From NCBI RefSeq assembly GCF_023055435.1, contig NW_025963779.1, positions 81,282,001 to 81,346,000 of the forward strand: a stretch of 64,000 bases of DNA, written 5' to 3'. The notes beneath the pieces are model-generated. The model was not told where the DNA came from and ran no database searches. It was given only the letters and a program-made list of their open reading frames with translations. A program made the translations under genes and the position numbers. How positions within the stretch are numbered: position 1 is the stretch's first letter; every line of letters starts with the position of its first letter. Below are positions 26,353 through 36,624 of this stretch, piece by piece. This stretch comes from Haliotis rufescens (lineage: Eukaryota).

Positions 26353-26729
26353 ACTACTTTCCCAAGATTCTCTCTCCGATGACAGGCCGCTTAATAATAA
26401 TCCTTACTTTTACAGATGGCATAAAGGTTTAGGTGCTTCTCACGTATAAAGAATGCCGATATTTGCATTTTTGTGGATTTCATCATAGACAGACAGTGTT
26501 GGATACTACAGAGGACTAATGGTAAACATTTCTTTGTGGGTTACCTAATGCACAACATCCGGGCGGAAGGGACGAAACTATAAAGTATAGTCAACACTAT
26601 AAAGTTGATCAATGTCATTGAGGAATATACATATCTGAACCTCCATATTGCATACAAACAACTTTCACATGCAAATGAATGACACTTTTTCAGATTCCTA
26701 CGCTATTTCTGTCAAAATCAGGTCCTCGG

Positions 26730-26906
26730 TGCCACATGCTTGTCGTAAGAGCCAACTTATGAAGGCGACCAGATCTTTATTGTGTGTGACCTGACTGATT
26801 GTGCGTCACCGTCCCGCATGGTTTTGTGCCTCTGCCGTGGTGTAATTTGACAAAGGCTGACTGTAGCGTTAAACAATACTCTCTCATTCACCCACTCATT
26901 CGCTCA
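26730..26906 (+). mobile_element. Old degenerate family-D-related SINE in the gene 3' flank (repeated per unit)
   Basis: CATGCTTGTCGTAAGAG head motif, then GCGTTAAAC and a decayed (ACTC)n tail. Confidence 0.55.
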
Positions 26907-27062
26907 TGCCAGTAAACTAGTATAAGTGTTTCTCTTTCATGTTGATCAATTTTATCTCACTGTTCCGATACAACTCTCTTAATAGCATTTATTTTCCTTT
27001 TGTAACATAACCCCAATACTACTATGAATAAAAAACGGAAGACATTGTTTCAATGATTGTGT

Positions 27063-27068
27063 TTTATG
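27063..27068 (-). terminator. Candidate polyadenylation signal CATAAA (all copies)
   Basis: About 80 nt after the stop and followed by a GT/T-rich tract (TGTCTTCCGTTTTTTATTC). A canonical AATAAA (26993-26988) exists only in copy 1. Confidence 0.4.
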
Positions 27069-27146
27069 TGACATATTTCAAACCGGATACAATAAATAAT
27101 GTACATATTGATGATGCAGATGAATAGTGACACTGGAGCGACAACC

Positions 27147-27685
27147 TTAGTAGTAGCCATATCCAATACCTGCAACAAAAAGAAGAGGTTTTTGTTTAAG
27201 AATATTTTCCGTACAAAGTCATTTCTACGTCTTGTAATAATTTCTATATCCAATATATCGATAGGTTAGTTATGCTGCATGTGTCCAATGAAGGTGGAAA
27301 ATAAGTTTGGTGTAATTAGCTTACTTATAATCTGTCAAAGTATTAGGTATATGTGAGGGTCAATAATATTCTCGGCATGATTGTATTTGCATTTACCTTT
27401 TCCGAAACCTCCGATTCCTCCGTACAGTCCTCCTAATCCGTGGCCTCCGTATAGACCACCCATTCCGTAGCCTCCGTATAGACCACCCATTCCGTAGCCT
27501 CCGTACAGTCCTCCCAAACCGTAACCTCCGTACAGACCTCCCATTCCGAAGCCTCCGTACAGACCACCCATTCCGTAGCCTCCGTACACACCACCCTTTC
27601 CGAAGCCTCCGTGCAGACCATAGCTCACAGGCTCAGCAAAGGCAGCGACAGCCAGACAGGCAACAAGGGCGATAACTTTCATCAT
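27147..27685 (-). CDS. Secreted Gly/Tyr-rich repeat protein, copy 1 (103 aa; join 27685-27397, 27169-27147); variant L33V
   Basis: Signal peptide MMKVIALVACLAVAAFA|EP. 27-nt GGLYGGxGx repeats. Phase-1 donor AAAG|GTAAAT at 27396; acceptor TTTTGTTGCAG|GT at 27170 gives G-IGYGYY-stop. Upstream acceptor CTCCTTTTCAG| at 27695 and donor |GTGAGT at 27991 define a 5'UTR intron. Confidence 0.9.
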
Positions 27686-27991
27686 TTTGGAAGGCTGAAA
27701 AGGAGTTTTTCATTCATTATTCAAGTCTGTAAGAAAATCCGTTTCTGTACCAACTTGTGGTCGCTATTCTACACTTTTTTATTTTGTTGCTTTAAGTAGA
27801 ACTTTATCTGATTTGAAAACTACAAACACATTTGGAGGATTCAATCAATATTACAAATAGTAATCAGTAAAAGTTTGAAATGGCATTACAGCAATAACTA
27901 CTGACTAACACTCATAAAACGGCAACGTAAAATACAGCGTTAACAGGGACAGGCTGAATACCCCGTAAAACACAAAACAACTGATACTCAC

Positions 27992-28075
27992 AGAGTGTGT
28001 TGATTAGACTGGATCTAAACGTGAAGAGAGGCGACAGCAATGATAGCTAGTGCTTGAAAACAAGACGCTTATATA
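27992..28075 (-). promoter_or_regulatory. Core promoter (TATA and Inr) and non-coding exon 1 of copy 1; repeated in every unit 384-390 bp from the ATG
   Basis: Minus-strand TATATAAG at 28075-28068. Inr-like TCATTG (TCACTG in the other copies) with the A at 28041, about 32 nt downstream. A ~50-nt exon follows, ending at a GTGAGT donor at 27991. Confidence 0.75.
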
Positions 28076-28769
28076 CACCTGTATTCGGTCCACACCCGGA
28101 ACTGACTAATTACAAGTATATTATCTAATTCAGCACCAATTTGCAACACCTTTTAAGAATCATTGCTAACAGAATTCCGTTTCCCTATGCCCCCAGGGAC
28201 TATGTCCAATGCAATGTATGTGTGTAGGTGCGGGCGAATGATTAGGGAAGTAATTACATCACTGACAAATGACCCGTGATGAAATTGCGTCGATATGCGT
28301 AGATTCGTGTATAAATACCGATACAGATGAGCATAGCCAGTCTTTTCCTATGTGGTCTGTGAAAAAACAATTCTATCACAATGACCCAGTAACGGGTATT
28401 GTTATAATTGTAATAATAAAAGACAGTGTGTAATTCATTTCACCTCCTAGATGGTTACTCTATAAAGTAATATCTCTTAAAGGAAAGTCTTCCCAAACAT
28501 ACATGGAGAGCAGGTTACCTTCCGAACATGGTTGCTTCGATCCATTTTACCACCATTCTTTTTCGACATGTGTATGTATAATATACATGGCTTTCCTAAA
28601 AGCTCATAACTTTCCCCATTTCTAGGCATCGGTTTGGGATGGGTCGTTGTTGCTGCGCTGTGGATCCTTATATTTGATATTCATCTCACCTCTGACATTT
28701 AAATAATGATTCGCTGACTTACATCGTATCTGCTCCTAATCATAAATTACTTAATTCAAAACACAGACT

Positions 28770-28772
<3 letters not shown>

Positions 28773-28839
<67 letters not shown>
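28773..28839 (+). repeat. (CT)n microsatellite in each unit
   Basis: Resolved at 28773-28839, ~36550-36620, ~56091-56169 and 63932-64000; replaced by N runs in the other six units. Confidence 0.95.
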
Positions 28840-28843
<4 letters not shown>

Positions 28844-29383
28844 ATATGTACGCCCTCTGCTAAAACATTCTTGAAACTCTTGAACGACAAGGTGTCACCA
28901 TATACTTTTGCATAGCCCATGGTATACTTTTATTAAGAACAACATTGACAAACGAACATTCTACTCATAATTTGATTAAGGCATGCAAGCCCTATATATT
29001 TCCTATCAATTCATTTATTTATACTTCACTATCTGGATGATAACTGCAAATGATAATTATATTTAATGTAATGATGCTCCATGTTACGGTCATGAAGAAA
29101 AGTCAGTGCAGATTTAATGTTCACATTTCAGCAGTGACTCTTCACGCACGCCTCTAGTAACACGGTTAAAAAACCTGTTGAAACAGTTCCTGTTAAAGAA
29201 CAGATCTCAATGTATTTCATATGTAGTGTGATCTACAAATGGAACCTGCATTTCATAGAAAGAAATATATCATTGATTACAATGTAACAACATCGGAGCT
29301 CTGAAAGGGTCTTCCTATATCATTAATACTGAAAAAGAGGAATGTGCAGTGGGGAGTATGGCTAATCAAGGAGTTGTATGTAA

Positions 29384-29740
29384 GGTGAGGTGAGGTGATA
29401 TGGGGTTTAACGTCGCGTCCAAGATTATTGCACTTATATAGCGACGTGCATGCACGTGTATGTGTGTGTTTGGCTGCTTGTACTAGTCCGGACTGATGCC
29501 GATTTATAGTGCTAGCCCACTGAGATACCATGCCGCAGTTTAACATGAATACCCCACTCAGACAGAGTATATTGACTCCGAGCCGACCAGTCCTTGTTTT
29601 AGCCCCTTAATGCCGAGCGCCAGACAGGGTAACAACAAGTATCATCTTTTAACGTCTTTTGGTATGACGCGGCTGGGGATCGAACCCCGGACCATCCGCT
29701 CTCCGGGCGGACGCTCTACCATTAGACCACGGAGGCGGTC
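29384..29740 (-). mobile_element. tRNA-derived SINE family A (V-SINE-like), carried in every array unit
   Basis: A/B boxes (GTGGTCTAATGGTAGAGCG, GGTTCGATCCCC), (CACCT)n tail and 12-bp TSD AGTTGTATGTAA. Also at 33289-33645, 37165-37521, 41076-41432, 45001-45357, 48928-49284, 52829-53185, 56716-57072 and 60662-61018. The V-domain call (TCATACCAAAAGAC...GCATTAAGGG) is from memory. Confidence 0.88.
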
Positions 29741-30186
29741 TAGTTGTATGTAAAGAGCATACGGCAAAGGGATAAATGTAGGATGGTAACTAAAGCTGCG
29801 GAATGGCTTGACTATGCAGCCACGGAATGGTACGACTGTATGGGGGCACATTTCAAACCTTGTGACTGTCCATTCTTGCCATTACCAAAAACCTGTCGAG
29901 TCGTTTACTACTTTCCCAAGAAAGCTTAATAATAATCCTTACTTTTACAGATGGCATATAGGTTTAGGTGCTTCTCACGTATAAAGAATGCCGACATTTG
30001 CATTTTTGTAAATTTCATCATGGACAGAGAGTGTTGGATACTACAGAAGACTAATGGTAAACATTTGTTTGTGTGTTACCGAAGGCACACGATCAGGTGG
30101 CTATTATATATGAATATGTGACCTTGTTATGGAACATTAATTGCCAACTTCTGTTCTTGTTGTTTTCCAGACTACGTGCTTGTCGC

Positions 30187-30444
30187 TTTGTTTGTTTGTT
30201 TCTTTGTTTGTTTGTTTAACGCCGCACTCGACAATATTTCAGCTAAATTACGGCAGTCTGTAAATATTCCAGTCTGGACCAGACAATCCAGTGATTGACA
30301 CTATGAGCATCGATCTATGCAATCGGGATACAATAACATGCATCAACCAAGTCAGCAAGCCTGACCACCCGATCCCGTTAGTTGCCTCTTACAGCAAGCA
30401 TGGGTTGCTGAAGACCTATATTCTAAACCGGATGCTCACGGATC
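30187..30444 (-). mobile_element. SINE-like family D (non-tRNA head, (AAAC)n tail), carried in every array unit
   Basis: Matches dispersed copies at 4365-4606 and 15571-15817. Also at 34091-34348, 37968-38241, 41879-42132, 45804-46085, 49731-49980, 53632-53889, 57519-57784 and 61465-61730. Confidence 0.85.
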
Positions 30445-31018
30445 CGGGCTGCAGGGACGAGAGTCAACACTGTAAAGTTGATCAATGTCATTGAGGAATA
30501 TACATATCTGAACCTCCATATTGAATACAAACAACTTTCACGTGCGAATGAATGACACTTTTTTAGAATCCTACGCTATTTCTGTCAATAACAGGTACTC
30601 GGTGCCACATGCTTGTCGTAAGAGCTGACTTATGAAGGCGACCAGATGTTTATTGTGTGTGACCTGACTGATTGTGCGTCACCGTGCCGCATGGTTTTGT
30701 GCCTCTGCCATGGTGTAATTTGACAAAGGCTGACTGTAGCGTTAAACAACACTCTCTCATTCACCCACTCATTCGCTCATGCCAGTAAACTAGTATACGC
30801 GTTTCTCTTTCATTTTGATGATTTATATCTCACTGTTCCGATACAACTCTCTTAATAACATTTTTTTCCTTTTGTAACATAGCCCCAACACTACTATGAA
30901 TAAAAAACGTAAGACATTGTTTCAATGATTGTGTTTTATGTGACATATTTCAAACCGGATACAATAAATAATGTACATATTGATGATGCAGATGAATTGT
31001 GACACTGGAGCGACAACC

Positions 31019-31557
31019 TTAGTAGAAGCCATATCCAATACCTGCAACAAAAAGAAGAGGTTTTTGTTTAAGAATATTTTCCGTACAAAGTCATTTCTAC
31101 GTCTCGTAATAATTTCTATATTCAATATATCGATAGGTTAGTTATGCTGCATGTGTCCAATGAAGGTGGAAAATAAGTTTGGTGTAATTAGCTTACTTAT
31201 AATCTGTCAAAGTATTAGGTATATGTGAGGGTCAATAATATTCTCGGCATGATTGTATTTGCATTTACCTTTTCCGAAACCTCCGATTCCTCCGTACAGT
31301 CCTCCTAATCCGTGGCCTCCGTATAGACCACCCATTCCGTAGCCTCCGTATAGACCACCCATTCCGTAGCCTCCGTACAGTCCTCCCAAACCGTAACCTC
31401 CGTACAGACCTCCCATTCCGAAGCCTCCGTACAGACCACCCATTCCGTAGCCTCCGTACAGACCACCCTTTCCGAAGCCTCCGTGCAGACCATAGCTCAC
31501 AGGCTCAGCAAAGGCAACGACAGCCAGACAGGCAACAAGGGCGATAACTTTCATCAT
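31019..31557 (-). CDS. Secreted Gly/Tyr-rich repeat protein, copy 2 (join 31557-31269, 31041-31019); variants A14V, Y102F
   Basis: Same exon structure and splice sites as copy 1; exon 3 reads GIGYGFY-stop. Confidence 0.9.
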
Positions 31558-34500
31558 TTTGGAAGGCTGAAAAGGAGTTTTTCATTCATTATTCAAGTCT
31601 GTAAGAAAATCCGTTTCTGTACCAACTTGTGGTCGCTATTCTACACTTTTTTATTTTGTTGCTTTAAGTAGAACTTTATCTGATTTGAAAACTAAAAACA
31701 CATTTGGAGGATTCAATCAATATTACAAATAGTAATCAGTAAAAGTTTGAAATAGCATTACAGCAACAACTACTGACTAACACTCATAAAACGGCAACGT
31801 AAAATACAGCGTTAACAGGGACAGGCTGAATACCCCGTAAAACACAAAACAACTGATACTCACAGAGTGTGTTGATTAGACTGGATCTAAACGTGAAGAG
31901 AGGCGACAGCAGTGATAGCTAGTGCTTGAAAACAAGACGCTTATATACACCTGTATTCGGTCCACACCCGGAACTGACTAATTACAAGTATATTATCTAA
32001 TTCAGCACCAATTTGCAACACCTTTTAAGAATCATTGCTAACAGAATTCCGTTTCCCTATGCCCCCAGGGACTATGTCCAATGCAATGTATGTGTGTAGG
32101 TGCGGGCGAATGATTAGGGAAGTAATTACATCACTGACAAATGACCCGTGATGAAATTGCGTCGATATGCGTAGATTCGTGTATAAATACCGATACAGAT
32201 GAGCATAGCCAGTCTTTTCCTATGTGCTCTGTGAAAAAAAACAATTCTATCACAATGACCCAGTAACGGGTATTGTTATAATTGTAATAATAAAAGACAG
32301 TGTGTAATTCATTTCACCTCCTAGATGGTTACTCTATAAAGTAATATCTCTTAAAGGAAAGTCTTCCCAAACATACATGGAGAGCAGGTTACCTTCCGAA
32401 CATGGTGCTTCGATCCATTTTACCACCATTCTTTTTCGACATGTGTATGTATAATATACATGGCTTTCCTAAAAGCTTATAACTTTCCCCATTTCTAGGC
32501 ATCGGTTTGGGATGGGTCGTTGTTGCTGCGCTGTGGATCCTTATATTTGATATTCATCTCACCTCTGACATTTAAATAAGGATTCGCTGACTTACATCGT
32601 ATCTGCTCCTAATTATAAATTACTTNNNNNNNNNNNNNNNNNNNNNNNNNNNNNNNNNNNNNNNNNNNNNNNNNNNNNNNNNNNNNNNNNNNNNNNNNNN
32701 NNNNNNNNNNNNNNNNNNNNNNNNNNNNNNNNNNNNNNNNNNNNNNNNNNNNNNNNNNNNNNNNNNNNNACATTCTTGAAACTCTTGAACGACAAGGTGT
32801 CACCATATACTTTTGCATAGCCCATTGTATACTTTTATTAAGAACAACATTGACAAACGAACATTCTACTCATAATTTGATTAAGGCATGCAAGCCCTAT
32901 ATATTTCCTATCAATTCATTTATTTATACTTCACTATCTGGATGATAACTGCAAATGATAATTATATTTAATGTAATGATGCTCCATGTTACGGTCATGA
33001 AGAAAAGTCAGTGCAGATTTAATGTTCACATTTCAGCAGTGACTCTTCACGCACGCCTCTAGTAACACGGTTAAAAAACCTGTTGAAACAGTTCCTGTTA
33101 AAGAACAGATCTCAATGTATTTCATATGTAGTGTGATCTACAAATGGAACCTGCATTTCATAGAAAGAAATATATCATTGATTACAATGTAACAACATCG
33201 GAGCTCTGAAAGGGTCTTCCTATATCATTAATACTGAAAAAGAGGAATGTGCAGTGGGGAGTATGGCTAATCAAGGAGTTGTATGTAAGGTGAGGTGAGG
33301 TGATATGGGGTTTAACGTCGCGTCCAAGATTATTGCACTTATATAGCGACGTGCATGCACGTGTATGTGTGTGTGTGGCTGCTTGTACTAGTCCGGACTG
33401 ATGCCGATTTATAGTGCTAGCCCACTGAGATACCATGCCGCAGTTTAACATGAATACCCCACTCAGACAGAGTATATTGACTCCGAGCCGACCAGTCCTT
33501 GTTTTAGCCCCTTAATGCCGAGCGCCAGACAGGGTAACAACAAGTATCATCTTTTAACGTCTTTTGGTATGACGCGGCTGGGGATCGAACCCCGGACCTT
33601 CCGCTCTCCGGGCGGACGCTCTACCATTAGACCACGGAGGCGGTCCAGTTGTATGTAAAGAGCATACGGCAAAGGGATAAATGTAGGATGGTAACTAAAG
33701 CTGCGGAATGGCTTGACTATGCAGCCACGGAATGGTACGACTGTATGGGGGCACATTTCAAACCTTGTGACTGTCCATTCTTGCCATTACCAAAAACCTG
33801 TCGAGTCGTTTACTACTTTCCCAAGAAAGCTTAATAATAATCCTTACTTTTACAGATGGCATATAGGTTTAGGTGCTTCTCACGTATAAAGAATGCCGAC
33901 ATTTGCATTTTTGTAAATTTCATCATGGACAGAGAGTGTTGGATACTACAGAAGACTAATGGTAAACATTTGTTTGTGTGTTACCGAAGGCACACGATCA
34001 GGTGGCTATTATATATGAATATGTGACCTTGTTATGGAACATTAATTGCCAACTTCTGTGTTGTTGTTTTCCAGACTACGTGCTTGTCGCTTTGTTTGTT
34101 TGTTTGTTTGTTTGTTTGTTTAACGCCGCACTCGACAATATTTCAGCTAAATTACGGCGGTCTGTAAATATTCTAGTCTGGACCAGACAATCCAGTGGTT
34201 GACACTATGAGCATCGATCTATGCAATCGGGATACAATAACATGCATCAACCAAGTCAGCAAGCCTGACCACCCGATCCCGTTAGTCGCCTCTTACAGCA
34301 AGCATGGGTTGCTGAAGACCTATATTCTAAACCGGATGCTCACGGATCCGGGCTGCAGGGACGAAAGTCAACACTGTAAAGTTGATCAATGTCATTGAGG
34401 AATATACATATCTGAACCTCCATATTGCATACAAACAACTTTCACGTGCGAATGAATGACACTTTTTTAGAATCCTACGCTATTTCTGTCAATAACAGGT

Positions 34501-34922
34501 GCTCGGTGCCACATGCTTGTCGTAAGAGCTGACTTATGAAGGCGACCAGATGTTTATTGTGTGTGACCTGACTGATTGTGCGTCACCGTGCCGCATGGTT
34601 TTGTGCCTCTGCCATGGTGTAATTTGACAAAGGCTGACTGTAGCGTTAAACAACACTCTCTCATTCACCCACTCATTCGCTCATGCCAGTAAACTAGTAT
34701 ACGCGTTTCTCTTTCATTTTGATGATTTATATCTCACTGTTCCGATACAACTCTCTTAATAACATTTTTTTCCTTTTGTAACCTAGCCCCAACACTACTA
34801 TGAATAAAAAACGTAAGACATTGTTTCAATGATTGTGTTTTATGTGACATATTTCAAACCGGATACAATAAATAATGTACATATTGATGATGCAGATGAA
34901 TTGTGACACTGGAGCGACAACC

Positions 34923-35461
34923 TTAGTAGTAGCCATATCCAATACCTGCAACAAAAAGAAGAGGTTTTTGTTTAAGAATATTTTCCGTACAAAGTCATTT
35001 CTACGTCTCGTAATAATTTCTATATTCAATATATCGATAGGTTAGTTATGCTGCATGTGTCCAATGAAGGTGGAAAATAAGTTTGGTGTAATTAGCTTAC
35101 TTATAATCTGTCAAAGTATTAGGTATATGTGAGGGTCAATAATATTCTCGGCATGATTGTATTTGCATTTACCTTTTCCGAAACCTCCGATTCCTCCGTA
35201 CAGTCCTCCTAGTCCGTGGCCTCCGTATAGACCACCCATTCCGTAGCCTCCGTATAGACCACCCATTCCGTAGCCTCCGTACAGTCCTCCCAAACCGTAA
35301 CCTCCGTACAGACCTCCCATTCCGAAGCCTCCGTACAGACCACCCATTCCGTAGCCTCCGTACAGACCACCCTTTCCGAAGCCTCCGTGCAGACCATAGC
35401 TCACAGGCTCAGCAAAGGCAGCGACAGCCAGACAGGCAACAAGGGCGATAACTTTCATCAT
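34923..35461 (-). CDS. Secreted Gly/Tyr-rich repeat protein, copy 3 (join 35461-35173, 34945-34923)
   Basis: Intact ORF, splice sites and TATA; consensus protein. Confidence 0.9.
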
Positions 35462-36546
35462 TTTGGAAGGCTGAAAAGGAGTTTTTCATTCATTATTCAA
35501 GTCTGTAAGAAAATCCGTTTCTGTACCAACTTGTGGTCGCTATTCTACACTTTTTTATTTTGTTGCTTTAAGTAGAACTTTATCTGATTTGAAAACTAAA
35601 AACACATTTGGAGGATTCAATCAATATTACAAATAGTAATCAGTAAAAGTTTGAAATAGCATTACAGCAACAACTACTGACTAACACTCATAAAACGGCA
35701 ACGTAAAATACAGCGTTAACAGGGACAGGCTGAATACCCCGTAAAACACAAAACAACTGATACTCACAGAGTGTGTTGATTAGACTGGATCTAAACGTGA
35801 AGAGAGGCGACAGCAGTGATAGCTAGTGCTTGAAAACAAGACGCTTATATACACCTGTATTCGGTCCACACCCGGAACTGACTAATTACAAGTATATTAT
35901 CTAATTCAGCACCAATTTGCAACACCTTTTAAGAATCATTGCTAACAGAATTCCGTTTCCCTATGCCCCCAGGGACTATGTCCAATGCAATGTATGTGTG
36001 TAGGTGCGGGCGAATGATTAGGGAAGTAATTACATCACTGACAAATGACCCGTGATGAAATTGCGTCGATATGCGTAGATTCGTGTATAAATACCGATAC
36101 AGATGAGCATAGCCAGTCTTTTCCTATGTGCTCTGTGAAAAAAAACAATTCTATCACAATGACCCAGTAACGGGTATTGTTATAATTGTAATAATAAAAG
36201 ACAGTGTGTAATTCATTTCACCTCCTAGATGGTTACTCTATAAAGTAATATCTCTTAAAGGAAAGTCTTCCCAAACATACATGGAGAGCAGGTTACCTTC
36301 CGAACATGGTGCTTCGATCCATTTTACCACCATTCTTTTTCGACATGTGTATGTATAATATACATGGCTTTCCTAAAAGCTTATAACTTTCCCCATTTCT
36401 AGGCATCGGTTTGGGATGGGTCGTTGTTGCTGCGCTGTGGATCCTTATATTTGATATTCATCTCACCTCTGACATTTAAATAAGGATTCGCTGACTTACA
36501 TCGTATCTGCTCCTAATCATAAATTACTTAATTCAAAACACAGACT

Positions 36547-36624
<78 letters not shown>

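Noticed and set aside
27050-27253. 67-aa MDIEIITRRR ORF and the other recurring spacer ORFs (MQTIAH, MLNCGM, MCPHTV, MYVKSI, MIDTMS)
   Set aside because: They span intron/UTR, antisense or SINE sequence and recur only because the unit is duplicated.
27335-27396. C-terminal KCKYNHAENIIDPHIYLIL of the 116-aa ORFs
   Set aside because: Begins at a GT donor and composition switches to AT-rich; best explained as intron read-through.
27400-27620. 27-bp periodic repeat as a CRISPR array
   Set aside because: No unique spacers and no cas genes; it is a coding repeat in eukaryotic DNA.
27433-27621. 62-aa VVCTEATEW repeat ORF (and its copies)
   Set aside because: Alternative-frame shadow of the 27-nt Gly repeat, with no independent start context.
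28306-28318. Plus-strand TATAAATA suggesting a divergent gene
   Set aside because: No downstream exon or ORF support.
28481-28494. NF-kB-like GGAAAGTCTTCCC upstream of the gene
   Set aside because: Does not fit GGGRNYYYCC properly; insufficient to claim immune regulation.
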